From: Takakia lepidozioides
Lineage: Eukaryota; Plantae; Bryophyta
NCBI GenBank assembly: GCA_030704615.1
Contig: CM060734.1
Span: forward strand, 22,134,001-22,198,000
Direction of reading: 5' to 3'
Length of the DNA stretch: 64,000 nt
The notes beneath the pieces were generated by a model, which saw only the letters and a program-made list of their open reading frames with translations, was not told the DNA's origin and searched no databases. Shown here one piece after another: positions 1-18,254 of this stretch. Position 1 is the first letter of the stretch, and every line of letters begins with the position of its first letter. The position numbers and the translations under genes were made by a program.

Positions 1-2090
1 ATAGCAATTTGTGATATGCAGTCGGAGGACACTGAGTCCCAGATGCTCATGTGGAATTCGCTCCTGGCCGTCATGCAGCGCAATGGAATACAGAACACAA
101 ATTTGCGGGCTTCATGGCTGATAGTGCACAGGCAAATTTCAATGCAGTGCGGCGCGTGTTTGGTTCGGGGGATCCTAAGGTCCCAATGGAAAATAGGGAA
201 CGCACATGCCTATTCCATTGGAGTCAATCTCTGGCACATCATACAAAGCGTTGTATTCGCCCTGACCTTCAATTGGAGCACAGAAGGCTCTGCCTCAAGT
301 ACAAAAATGTCACCTCAATGGGAGAAGCTGAGAGCACTTACCAAGCAATCCGGGCTTGGTGGTTCTTCTCTGGTGCTGCTACTGGTATCCACCTGAAGGA
401 GTTGGAGGACTGGTTGGTTTTCTGGCACTTCAGGTACAGACAGTGGGGAGCTTCATGACGACGGTAAGCCTCTTCAATCCAGAAACACAAATTTCACTTT
501 GCATCGTGCCTGTTCATTTGGGGTTGTTGGATTGTCACTTGCAGAACCTCTTCCATTTCTTTACGTTCCTCACATTTTCATGCAATGCCTCCTGCAGGAC
601 ATGTCCTTGGAGGACTTGGCTGACATGCCATCCTGTAATTTGGCGGAAACTGTTCACAACGCCTGGATGCAGCAATCTACCAAAGCGGTCCCGAGAGGGA
701 ACTGTCCTAGCAGCAGCAGATGTAGGACGTTACTTGTATGTGGCCACTGCTGATGACATGGTGTGGGCACTTACACAACAAACCAGGTACCGCAATTTTT
801 TGATGGGACGGGGTGGAGGCAAGGGCCCCTGATACGACTTTGTTGATGCTAAGGGCTGCGAGTAGGTCCGGAGACCATCGAAGATGGCCAGAGCTCTGAA
901 CAGGTGCACTGAAGGCTCCCCTTTGCAATCCAGGCTCCCCCATTTGGAAGGCGAGGAAAGATTTGGATCATGCGAAAAGAAATTGAACACTCCTCCAGGG
1001 TCGGACGGAGATTCCCATCGGCCGGACAGGGTCAATTTCTATGTACCAAAGGTGTCTCCAGTGCAGACTAAGTCGTGTGCCCGCCCCTTCCCAGGTGGGT
1101 CCTCCTCCAGTGGAGCAGGTGCAGATCATGCAAGCACAGCAGCAAGAATCCCATTGGAGGAGGTGGTGGCCATGGTGCATGAATCTGATTGCATTGATAG
1201 TGAGTGGCATATAGAACGCACACCCCACCAGGATCTAGAGTGGCTTGCATGGCAATTCGGACCCCCTCTTTCAAGAAATGCAATCAAAAAATATGCAAAG
1301 GCTCTAGGGGGACTCTAGCTCCAACATTCACAGGGTTGTTCCGACCTTATCATAGTGGGGAGTCAAAGGACCACAAGTTCTGGTTCTGCCGAGACGATAT
1401 GGCACGATGTGTCAAGGGAACAGTTCGTTCTTCGGTGATAATGAAGCCCCCTCCCCCCGCAATTGGCCTGTGAAACTTGGGACGTCGCGTCATCAACCGA
1501 GATAAGCATGCTGGAGGAGGGAGGGTTCTGTCTTGCACGGTCAGGGGTGGTGCCCTCATGCACTGTCAGCACAGATGTGCCACATGCTCCGGCAATGCCT
1601 CCACTCGGTGCCGACTCCCACCCAAACAAAAGAGATAGAAAAACAGTGCGCCGTGTCGCTTCGGGTGCAGATCATGAATGCAAGATGGAATCGGCTAGAA
1701 TTTTGCAGGCTCAGGTGACTCGTATCACCGAAGTCCCTGCCCCGGGGTATGGACGGAATTACACAGTGTTGTCTATTGGCTCAGTTCTTCATGGCAAAGA
1801 ATAGCAGGTTACCGTGGGGAATTTCCCTACGTGCACTTGTCTGGATTTTGTAACGATGCGTGAGGGTGCTCGGCATGAGAGGGAAGTGGGTCCCTGCAAG
1901 CATCAATATTACATATACCTTGTAATTATGTGTTGCGACGGTAAGAGAGACCAATTCATTCACCAAGCCACACTAGGCTACGGAGAAACCTTCTACAGCG
2001 GGACACCTCACGTAGGGCTCCGCCAAATTCTCTTTGAACACATACGAGCCATGCCCGCTTCCCATTCTGGTTTCCATGTTACTGTGTGAA
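1..2090 (+). mobile_element. Degenerate MULE-like transposase with C-terminal SWIM zinc finger (frameshifted, 5' end outside window)
   Basis: Overlapping frameshifted ORFs read CDMQSED..QMLMW..GFMADSAQANFNAVRRVFGSGDP..RERTCLFHW..EDWLVFWHFRYRQWG..CNLAETVHNAW, then the SWIM motif CTCLDF..PCKHQYY (1814-1930). Probable GT-AG intron ~464-597. Several stops and frameshifts. Confidence 0.65.
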
Positions 2091-2289
2091 GACTTTGCAT
2101 TTAGGACAAACACATACATTTCGTTCATGGAACCAGGGCAAATGCACATGCCATTCATTGTAAGCGTCTATCTTTGAATTGAAATAAAGTGTGTCAATCA
2201 TTCTGAGCTCAAATCTGCCATATTTTCATATTCATCTTTTGTGCAGGCATTGCAGACATGGTGCATGGTGGCCCCCTTTGTTTTGTCCA

Positions 2290-5200
2290 CGGTAATAGGT
2301 CCTGCAATCCTCGCCTATAGGACCTACTTCTCCAGCAGATTTGTGCCGCTCACGCTATGCAGCTACAACGTGAGCTCGGCTCCCAGGCTCACGGGGCTGG
2401 GCTCACGCCGTAGCTACGCTGCTCTCGGGGGGTCTTCCAATGATACCACTGTCTTGCCACCACCCGATGACCAACCACAGTTGCCACCCTCCCCCACCTG
2501 GTCTCCATCACAGACATGCACCCACCCCCATATACTCTACCCACACCACACTCTCACTACTCTACCCCACCACCCTCTCCCCCCACTAACCCCAACATCT
2601 CCAACGTCTTTGTCATTGAAGCTATACTGGGTATTAAAACCCAAACTTCCACAGACTCATTTGGTGCAACTTGTCTAGACTCATACTACCTATGCAAAAT
2701 GGCCGGTTTTTCAGATGATGAGAATACCTGGCAAATTGAGGACGACCTATTTGGTCAGCATGATGACTGTGACCCCGACCATAACCTAGCCCTTCTTACT
2801 GCCTTTCATAAACATACTAATACCAACTACCTCACACACTTGCATAGACAACATGTATCCCAAACCCAAACCGAAGACAACCGACACGTCTCTCGCCCGC
2901 TGCCTGCCACCAACATATACTAATTGACATCACTAAATGCAACCCTGACAAAGACATCTTGCATGTCTCTCCCGCCATATGCGCCGGCCCCCAAATGTCC
3001 TCTATTTACACTAACAATGGTCGCTTCTTCAGTCTCGTTCCCAATGACAGGGTAGCCTGGCTGTGGGCCCGGTACTCCTCCCATTCCCCCACCACCAATC
3101 TAATACACCCACCTCGTCAAGACTTCGCTACCGAAATATGTTGGCTCTTGGATAGATACCTCCGCAACACCCCTCCCAAAAAGCCCCGATCTCAAACCAA
3201 ACTCTCCCAAGCATATACCCATAGTGTTATTTCCCAGGACATACTCACCTTCCTCAACACCTCGTTCCAACTAACCCACTCATACTACTCTAGCCCGCTT
3301 ACATGTCCCATGAACATCCAATCATTTGCCAGCCCCCACCCTAGAGACTGCATTTTTGGGGCCTCTGGCTTTGCAACCCAACACTCATGGTCTGGTAGAG
3401 AGACCCCCCCCCCCCCCCCCCCCCCGGACTCCACACCTAGGAGGCCCTGCAATGGGCCCGTTTTGCGGCCCACGTATCTCCAACATCGACCAGTATCCTC
3501 GTACTCACCAACCAGCAGTCACCTGACACCCCCCACCCCTTATTACAACTTCCACAAGGAACCACACTTCTAGCCTCCATAGAGCCAGGCCAGCCCATAT
3601 ACTCAAAGAACCCACCCTTCCCTAAATATCTTAAATATGATGAGCCCACCATTACTCTCCTACTGCATATCCAACACGCATCCGCCCCCCCCCCCCATTC
3701 CACATACACTACACGCCCACCTCGTTCACACACTCAAGCATACTCATGGCTTAAAGATCACCGCCGACAACCCCCACCTACCCCCTCCTCTACCTCACAG
3801 CCCCACTACCCCTGCTCCTAGCCCATCTCCCAAAGTCAACCTGAGCAAAACCTGGATTAAAGCAACTCCCCGCCCACCCCCTGTCCTCTCACCTATACCA
3901 ACCCACCATGTCACCAACATATGCCCCTCAAGTACCCACCGCTTAATTCCCACTATACCGATGGCTCCCACAAGGAGCCAACGCTGGGTACGGCGTTTAT
4001 CACGCTGCCTTGAACCAAGGCACAGCCGCGAGACTCCCTGTAACTGCCACAATACTCCGCGTTGAGCTTATGACCATCTACATGGCCCTCGCCCAATTAC
4101 CCTCATTCTCTCCTCCCCATTACATCTTCATGGACAGTCTCACATCGCTTTCCCTTATACGTAACTACCTCTCCTGCCCCTCGTCACACCACCACCACCC
4201 AAACCGTAACCTTATTGCAGCCATAGCCAGACTTGCAATAGGCTTGGGCCAACCCATCCACTTCCTGATAGTCCGCTCGCATACCGGTATTGTCGGCAAT
4301 GAGGAGGCTGAGCACCTCGCTCAAACTGGCGCTTTCGAGCCCCTTGTTGATCCCACCAATGATCTTATTCACACTGCGCACACCCATCCATTCTGGCTAA
4401 TACACCCAGTCCCAAACCCCCCAGACCCTAAGCCTATACGTAACCTCCTTACCATCCCCACCAGGGAGGCCAATCAACAAGCTATGACATCTATGAGTCA
4501 CACCAAAATCCACATTAAAAAAAATGGACCACGCTCCACTATACTCCATCGTAAACTCTCCAACTAGTTCTGGCACTCCAAAGCTGCGACTGATGCTCAA
4601 ATTAAACAAACGCTTAAATTTTGATACGCTTAATACATGGGCCATCACCGCAAACATGTCTTCTGGCCACATATATTTCCCTCACCAAACTGCCCTCTAT
4701 GCTCTCACACCCACCAGGTTAGAGACACATGGCCGCATCTTCTGAGCCAATGTACCCACCCGGTCATCCATGGTCTACATATAACCCGTCCTAACCAAGT
4801 AGTATGGCACATCCACAAACTCCTTATGCAACGCTCCGAAACCCGATGGTTCTCACTTGTCAATGCAGGCACCTACCAAGGTAAACCTCCAGAACATTAC
4901 TGTACCACCGGCTACTCCCCATGCCTGTGCCCGCGCTTCTCCTTGTACATGTCATGCAAGGGATATGCCCTGACATCTGCTTGTTCACGACCTACCCATC
5001 AATACCCAGCCACCACCTCCCATCCCCACATATCACCATCTAATTTGTTCGAATTCATTACTGCATGATCATTACCCACCTACTCCATTTTAGAAAAACG
5101 ACAAAAATATGCATCACTTATCTTTGCTCTCCGTTGCAGGGGTTGGAATACTGGCCCCCTCTCGATTATTACGGCCGGCACTCGAGGTGGTATCCACAAT

Positions 5201-5526
5201 GCTAGCATAGTGGCACTACACGATAACTTCCATATCCCAATATCCCCTATCCACAAATGCTTTAAGGCAATTCACCTCACAGCCCTCCGCTCTCTCACAA
5301 CCATCATTACAAACAAGCGGAAACTAGAGTCCAACCCACTCTCGGTCCCATAGTCCTCCACAATACCTCAGGTACCATGGGTACCCACGGGTACCCTTGG
5401 TACATCACCCTAGGTTCATGGTGTCCCCTGGACACCCGCATTACTTATAGGGCCCACCTCCGAAAGGGGGTAGTAGTCGCAAGGCGAAGTGGCTCTACGC
5501 CGGCCTCGGCTGGAGTCTTCTCTCTG
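2290..5526 (+). mobile_element. Non-LTR retrotransposon copy 1 (Dualen/RandI-like): chromodomain, RNase H, CCHC knuckle, restriction-like endonuclease; degenerate, no RT seen
   Basis: Chromodomain-like VIEAILG..YLCKMAGFSDDENTWQIEDDL (2516-2923 ORF). RNase H ..LRVELMTI..IFMDSLTSL..VRSHTGIVGNEEAE. CPLC..DTWPHLLSQC followed by PD..E..EKRQKY..L..RGW. Structured 3' UTR ending in a CT-rich tail. The 5' boundary is approximate. Confidence 0.75.
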
Positions 5527-5639
5527 ACCTGTCCAAATCCTGAGGAAGTTTTTATTTTCCTAGATGACCTTCTAAAACCAGAGAACATGAGTAAGGATAT
5601 CTCAATTTATGGCAAACTGGTGGTGTGTGCACTGGTTTA

Positions 5640-7100
5640 AGTAAACATCGATGGAGATGACAACAACTCCCTTATTTTCTCAACTTGAACAATATATTTT
5701 CCTTGCATGCAAACTACACCATGGAAAACATTCATGTCATGACGTTTGGGCAGCCACGGATTGGGAACTCTGTGTTTGCAACATTTTACAATGAGCTCAT
5801 CCCCTGGAGCATTCGATTGACACACAAACATGATGTGGTGCCACATTGACCTCCCTATTATCCTCACATGGGCCAGCGCACTTACCATCACTTTGCCACA
5901 GAGGTATGTTCATGTGTCTTTCCTTTCCTGTATCCTGAACTTTGCTTTAAATTCATCACTGCCCCAATTCAGTTGTAATCAATTTTGATATGAGCATTTT
6001 TGAGGACTTCTTGTTCCATAAGTATGATTAGAGTAGTTTATTGAGATCGTAGATGCTCAAGGACGAAATAAAATGTATGTATGTAGCTACATGTTATATA
6101 CCCAGATCTTGGGCTGTTCTGGAGTGATCCCCAATGATGGTTTTGCCTGGCTTGAGGTGTTCAGGATCGAGGGATGCTTTGGCTATGTTGAATGCAGGTG
6201 TGGATCTTCAAGATAGTTCTGGGGAGGACCCTACCTGTAGCAGGTTGACTTTGCAAGGCATTCTCTCCCTCTCTCTCTTCTGGGCAGCCGTCAGACTGAC
6301 ATCCTATTCGATCCTGTAGCCAAATAGGATCATGCCTTGTCCCACAAGCAGCAATCTGATTTTCTAGGGGTTTCTGAAGTTTCAGGAGGTCTTTGAGCGT
6401 CAAGGGAAGAGCAATTCGTGATGAACCCACCATATCAATGAAAGATTGTCTTGAAGATTGCATCTGCTCCCTAATTATGGCTACTCCTTCAATATGCTTT
6501 TATCTTGTAAGTGTCAGCAGTTAGTTGTGTTGAGATGGCGTGATATGATCAAGTTAGTCTGGGCAAGGTGGCTAGCTTTCACTTTTTCCCACAGAGGGAG
6601 TGTATCAGAAAACAGCTACAGAGCAAGAGGTAGAAAATGGGGGTGTAGTTTACTCCATTGTGGATTCACTTTGAGTATTTTTGTTAGGTTGACTCTCTGC
6701 GTTGTTGTCTTCACCCATAGCTTGCGGAGCCTGCATTCTTCTTTTGAGTCCTGACCACTGAGATCTTTAGCCTTGGTTACAGTGCTCTCGCACCTGTCAG
6801 AAACATACCTGAACAGAGAGACACACATGTTAGCGCATCTATTTATGTAAGAACCTGCCTAGTCTCAGCAGTCTGTTATGAGTTATGACATAGAATGGGC
6901 ACTGTACAAAAGTGTTTTCAAATTGCCAATGACAAGTGTGGTAGAGAGTACCTACCTTCCTATCCAGCAGCATGCAACGAAAGACACCCATTGGGATGGC
7001 GAAGGCTGATGGAAGGTCCTTGAAACTGCAACAATCCTGCAGGAAAACACACACTGGAAGTTGGAACGGACAACCGACCCACTGTCATCATGGCGTGGAC
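5640..7100 (-). pseudogene. Unidentified degenerate spliced gene fragment (exon-like blocks with stops)
   Basis: Minus strand: ATG near 7097 gives a transit-peptide-like MMTVGRLSVPTSSVCFPAG.. with a premature stop before a GTAGG donor. Further AG/GT-bounded blocks at ~6810-6230 and ~5935-5640. No recognisable domain. Confidence 0.25.
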
Positions 7101-8071
7101 TAAGGATAGCGATTTGGAGTTTTATGTCCGAAGGGCCAAGGCATAGAGATCCTTCTTGTTGATTGTATGTTTAATGTGTCGCTATGTGGCTCGTAAGGTT
7201 TCGGCCACTGGGAATGCTGCACTTGCCACTAAAATCCCGGATTCTACGAAAATTCTGATGTATGTACGTATGTATTGCATAGCAGCCGCACATTTGGAAT
7301 TTGGATTCAAGGAGGTTGCGTCATCATGTACTGTCCTGATGCAGAGAATAGGTAGGTTGCTGCCAGAAATATAGACTGCAAAGATAGTAGACTAACCTGT
7401 AGTGTGGAATGCATTGGTAAAATGAGGCACAAGCAAGAGACGAAAGCAATATTAAAAAACATTTTTTAATCATGTCCAAACTGGACTATGTGTTCACACT
7501 ATGGAGTCTAGATTTTGCAACGCCATTCACACTGTTGCCGTGAGGTTTTTAAGGGCCTCTACAGTAAGGCGGCTTACTTCTCCTCAATCTGCCACCCGAG
7601 TCTCACACCATAGATAGTAGTTGGCAGGCAATTATATCGGCTCTGATATACGCTATGTTAAAATCATAAATCTTATAACTTTTTTGTTCTATCTCTCTCT
7701 CCTCCACTCAGTTACAATTCGTCATTGGTAGTGCGGAGCATCGCGAAGCCTTAGAAGATATTTTTTATTCCAGTGACGACAAGGTCAGAACCGGTTTTAG
7801 CATAGGCGAGAATAGGCTCTTTCTCGTTCGTTTCGTTACGGCGCCAATTTCCGAGCTATGTATGTCAAATCCGCGCACTTGCATCATATGTGCAGCAGGT
7901 GTGTGGAATGGAGGCTTTGGGGATGTGCGTATACTATGTACTGTGTTGTGCATGTCCTCAGTGCTGGGTCAGATGTCTTGGTAGCGCTCAGATGTGTTGG
8001 CTTCAATGCTCCGCCCTTAGAATGTTGGTGAGCTGGATGTGCCTACCTTGATTTTTATATATGGGGTGCAG

Positions 8072-13423
<5,352 letters not shown>

Positions 13424-13589
13424 GTGAGAATATTGTTTACATTAAGTGTAGGAACTGGTGTGTGATAAGTAGGGATGGGACGTTTGCTAGAAAAAAATGT
13501 AGGCTGTTTATGTCTCCTGCTAGCAGCAAAGGGAGGATCTGTGCATTATTGGGCTGTGGCAGGGATAGCTGAAGGAGCAGGGATGGAAT

Positions 13590-14743
13590 GTGGGTGCAGA
13601 TCAAGTGTTCAAAAAAATGACTGAACGAGGTTTGGTCACATGGAATATAATGATGGCTGGATTTACCAAGCATGGGTGTGCTGAGAATGCCTTGGAGACA
13701 TATGAGCAAATGATGTGGGAAGGGGTGAAGCCTGACCAGGTCACATTTATTTGTGTTTGTAATGCATGTGCGAGCCTGGCAGCCCTGGAAAAGGGCAAAG
13801 AGGTTCATGCTGACATCATCAAAGCTGGGATTGTACCAGATGTCATTCTGAACACAGCACTGATAAACATGTATGCCAAATGTGGGAGCATCAAGGATGC
13901 GAAGGGAGTGTTCAACAATATGTCTAAAGGAAATGTGGTATCCTGGAGTTCAATGATTGCAGCATATGCCCAGCATGGGTATGGGATGGAGGCTTTGAAG
14001 ACCTATGAGCAAATGATGTGGGAAGGGGTGAAGCCAGACCAGGTCGCATTCATTTGTGTTTGCAATGCATGTGTGAGCCTGGCAGCCCTGGAAAAGGCCA
14101 AAGAGGTCCATGCTGACATCATCAAAGCTGGGATTGTACCAGATGTCATTCTGAACATTGCCCTGGTGGACATGTATGCCAAATGTGGAAGCATCGAAGA
14201 TGCAAAGGGAGTGTTCAACAATATGACTAAACGAGATGTGGTATCCTGGAGTGCAATGATTGCAGGATATGCCCAGCATGGGTGTGGGATGAAGCCTTTG
14301 GAGACCTATGAGCAAATGATGTGGGAAGAGGTGAAGCCAGACCAGGTTGCATTCATTTGCATTTGCAATGCATGTGCCAGCCTAGCAGCCCTGGAGAAAG
14401 AAAAAAGGTCCATAATGACATCATGAAAGCAGGAATTCTACCTGATGTCATTCTGAACGATAGCCTCGTGGACATGTATGCCAAATGTGGCAGCATCGAA
14501 GATGCAAAGGGAGTGTTTGACAGTATGGCTGAAAAAAATGTGGTGTCGTGGTGAACACAATGATTGCAGGATATTCCCAGCATGGGTGTGGGATGGAGGC
14601 TTTGGAGACCTATGAGCAGATGATGTGGAAAGGGGTGAAGCCGGACCAGATTACATTCATTTGCATTTGCAATGTGTGTGCCAGCCTAGCAGCCCTGGAA
14701 AAGGGGAAAAAGGTCCATGAAGACATCATGAAAGCTGGAATTG
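13590..14743 (+). pseudogene. PLS-class PPR array, N-terminal half of a disrupted RNA-editing-type PPR gene
   Basis: About 3.8 near-identical 303-nt P-L-S triplets (VVSWSAMIAGYAQHG..GVKPDQVAFICVCNAC..GIVPDVILNTALVDMYAKCGSIEDA). Frameshifts near 14403 and 14553. The array ends abruptly at KAGI, where LINE sequence begins. Confidence 0.92.
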
Positions 14744-16456
14744 CCTCTTGCCTCTATCCTAAAATGCACAACTCCAAAACATGGTCTCATATGATCGCCC
14801 GCCCACTCGCCCCCCCTCCCATACCTGTCCGCACCAAACCCCCGATAGCCCAGATGGACCTTCCCCTCAGATACCCACCTGCCAACTCTCACTACACCGA
14901 CGGATCCCTAATAGCTGGCCCCAGGGCGGGATATGGTATCTACCACGCCGCCACCAGCCAAGGCGTCTCCCTATGCCTTCCCGGCCCGGCCACCATCCTC
15001 CGGGCCGAGCTCATGGCAATACACGATGCCCTCACCCAGCTCTCCTCATTTTCCCCATCTCACTATATCTTAACCGACAGTCTGACCTCACTCTTGATCC
15101 TCATCCGTAACCACCTTTCCCGACCCTCCTCTCATCACCACCACTCAGACCGGAACCTCATCGCTGCCATAGTTCATCTCGCTATCTCCATAAACCAACC
15201 CATCTACTTTCTCAAAGTTCGCTCCCACACTGGCATCACAGGCAATGACATGGCTGACTTCTTTGCCCAGCAAGGAGCCACACGGCCCGAGGTTGACCCT
15301 ACCTCGGATCCCATCCATGTGGCCCATGCACACCCATTCCGGTCCATACATCCAGTCCTGGCCCCACGGAGCCCCGCCCCATCCGCAAATCTAAAAACCA
15401 CTATTACACGAGAAGCAGACAAGCAAGCCTTGACATCCCATAGTCACTTTAAACTGCATGTCTAGAATTGGACACAATCTGAGGTGCTCCACCATAAGCT
15501 GTCTAATCACTTCTGGCACACTCGCTTCGCCACTGATGCCCAAATCAAACAGACTCTCAAATTCAGATACGCCCAATACATGGGCCACCAGTGCAAACAC
15601 ATCTTTTGGCCCCGCCTTTTTCCCTCTCCAAACTGCCCATTTTGCGCTAGCACTCACTCGGCCCGCGACACTTGGCCTCACCTACTCAATCAATGCATGC
15701 ACCTCGTCATCCATGGCCTCCGTATCAACCGACATAATCAAGCTATCTGGCACATCCACAAACTACTCCTTCGCCGCCCTGAGACATGGTTTTCACTCAT
15801 CAATGCCGGAACCTACCAGGGAAGGCCCCCTGACCATACGGTACCCCACTGGCTCCTACCCTGTCCATGCAGACCGTCTACACCCTGCACTTGCCCAGCC
15901 AGACTCTGTCCATACATACTTCTAATCCAAGGGCTACCCATTGACGCCCCACCGCCAAGTTCCCCGTCCTCCAACCTTACCATATACTTTATAGAATTTA
16001 TATATTGTAACGACCGCTACCCCGGCCCATCCACACTGGAAAAACGCCAATAATACGCCCCACTCATTTTAGCCATTCGCCGCCGTGGCTGGTCCACAGG
16101 CCCTCTCACGGTCATTACGGCCGGCACCAGAGGCGGCATTCACAACGCTAGTATCTCTGCCCTCCACGATAACTTTAATCTACCTATCACCCCTATCCAC
16201 AAATGCTTCAAAGCTATCCACCTGACTGCGCTACGCTCCCTCACTGCTATCATCACTAACAAAAGGCAGCTTGAAAACCACACCTCATAGGCCTCTTGTC
16301 ACCTGGGGCACCCCAGGGGCCCCCCCCTGGGGTTCCCCTCCGCTCGCCCCCCTGGGCACCCGCTAGTTTTATAGGGCCCACCCCCGAAAGGGTGCAATAG
16401 CCGCAAGGTGAAGTGGCTCTTAGTTACGCCGGCCTTGGCCGGAGTCATCTCTCTCT
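14744..16456 (+). mobile_element. Non-LTR retrotransposon copy 2, 3' half (RNase H, CCHC, RLE, structured 3' UTR)
   Basis: RNase H with D-E-D-D residues (HYTDGS..RAELMAI..LTDSL..KVRSHTGITGNDMAD). CPFC..DTWPHLLNQC..RHNQ..IEFIYCNDRYP..EKRQ*Y. Colinear with copy 1 from ~3820 to its end. Ends in (CT)n. Confidence 0.8.
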
Positions 16457-17074
16457 CACTGAAACTCCCCAATCCCAGGAAACCTCCATGGGCCATCCAG
16501 GAATGGATAGGCTGGATGCCTGAAACCAATTCCAACCGCCACATCACTGTTTGGAGCTTTAAAGTTTGTGTCTAGTAAAAAGGACAATCGAGATAATAGG
16601 ACAAGACAAAGAAAATATTGAGTACTTCCACAGGAGGCCCAGAAGACCTACAGGATATAGTAGAAAGAGAAAACACAATGGAAGCTTAGCCAATTTTTTG
16701 TGGAGCCAACTTCCCTAAGCTTTAGGCAAATGATTTTAGGGTTGGCATTGACATCACATCGAAAGACAAGCGAGAGACAAACAGGCGTGTGTGCACAGGT
16801 TTCTGTCAAAAATGCACCCCTGCGGAATGCAGAAGGCCAAGGCCAATAGTAACCTCAACATTACGGGGAGGAATGTAGCCACAAAAATTGTGCATAAAGT
16901 CTTGATGCACTTAGGCAAGAGACAGACATACATATCTGAATCTGCTGAAATGCCTCCTTGGTTTAAAGTCTGTAGTGCCTCACATTAAAGCATCTTCACA
17001 TGCACAGAAGTGCCAGAAGAGGCATTGTGGACTCCCTCAATGATCCTCTTTCAGAAATTGTGGTCATCGTTGAG

Positions 17075-17990
17075 GTGCCTGATTTTATCATTTGTGCCGC
17101 TGCAACTGCTGCCTCTAGTTGACCATCTACCCATGTAAGTTTCTTGTAGCTATTGATCCACATGGAATCATAGGTAATCTTGTGCTTGAAAAATTTGGCC
17201 CCCTTCATTAGCAATGCCTGATTTTATCAATTGTGCCGCTGTTGTTGCGGCTTCCAGTTGAGCATCTACCCATGCAGCTTGTAGCTATCCTTCCACAGGG
17301 AATCATAGGTAATCTGGAGCTTGAAATCCGACCCTCTAAGATGAATGTGGACCCACACTCTATCCCTGCTCCTTCAGCTATCCATGCCTTTGCACAAATC
17401 ATGCTTATTACACTAGTTCCTATGCTCAATTGCCTCTGCTACTCTGATAAGAGGGGAAACAAGGTGAAATGTGTTGAAGAATGCCTTGATTAGCAGTGCC
17501 TGATTTTATCAATTGTGCCGCTACTGTTCCGGCTTCCAGTTGACCATCTACCCATGTAGGTTTCTTGTAGCTATCCTTCCACAGGGAATCATAGGTAATC
17601 TAGAGCTTGAAATCTGGCTCTCTTGGATGAATTTGGACTTGTTTCTGGATACTTTCTTGTTGTCACATGGTAGTATCATGTCAAAGTTACTCCACACTAT
17701 CAAAGCTAACTTGCAAAATTCAACATGGAAATTTAGGGCCGATTCTGATAAGAGGAAAAAACAGGGTGAAATGTGTTGAAGAATGCCTTGATTAGCAGTG
17801 CTTGATTTTATCAATTTGTGCCGCTGCTGCTGCGGCTTTTAGTTGAGCATCTACCCATGCAGCTTGTAGCTATCCTTCCACAGGGAATCATAGGTAATCT
17901 GGAGCTTGAAATCCAGCCCTCTTGGATGAATATGGACCCACACTCTATGCCTGCTCCTTCAGCTATCCATGCCTCTGCACAAATCATGTG
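17075..17990. repeat. Four imperfect tandem copies of a ~130-300 bp decayed coding-like unit
   Basis: The core gcctgattttatcaattgtgccgct...gtagctatccttccacagggaatcataggtaatct recurs at ~17075, 17215, 17497 and 17798. The minus strand reads ITYDS.W.DSYKK.TWVDGQLEA..AAQ.IKSG with frameshifts. Confidence 0.8.
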
Positions 17991-18254
17991 TACATCCTCG
18001 CCTTGCTGCTAGCAGCTGACAATGACAGCCTAGAGCTTCTCCTCGTCTTTGTTATCTGAACATGCATCTCAGGGCCGAGTCCGATGAGAGGCAAAATAGG
18101 CTGAAATAGGTCAAAGAATAAGGTGTCGTCATCCCCATCACTGGTAGAAAATTAGAGCTGAGTTGACAACATCCACAAAACCACAATGTTGGTTGATTTG
18201 CAAACTCTACGGATTCACTCTGCGAGGTTCCTTTGCAAAAGAAACACACACGCC

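Noticed and set aside
2291-2345. Possible HDV-like ribozyme at the LINE 5' end (tcctcg inside a hairpin)
   Set aside because: The P3, P1.1 and J4/2 elements could not be fitted; only a simple stem taggtcct/aggaccta is evident.
14548-15465. 305-aa ORF appearing to encode a novel PPR-RNase H fusion protein
   Set aside because: It is a breakpoint chimera. The upstream PPR frame is broken by frameshifts and the LINE part is decayed, so there is no evidence of function.
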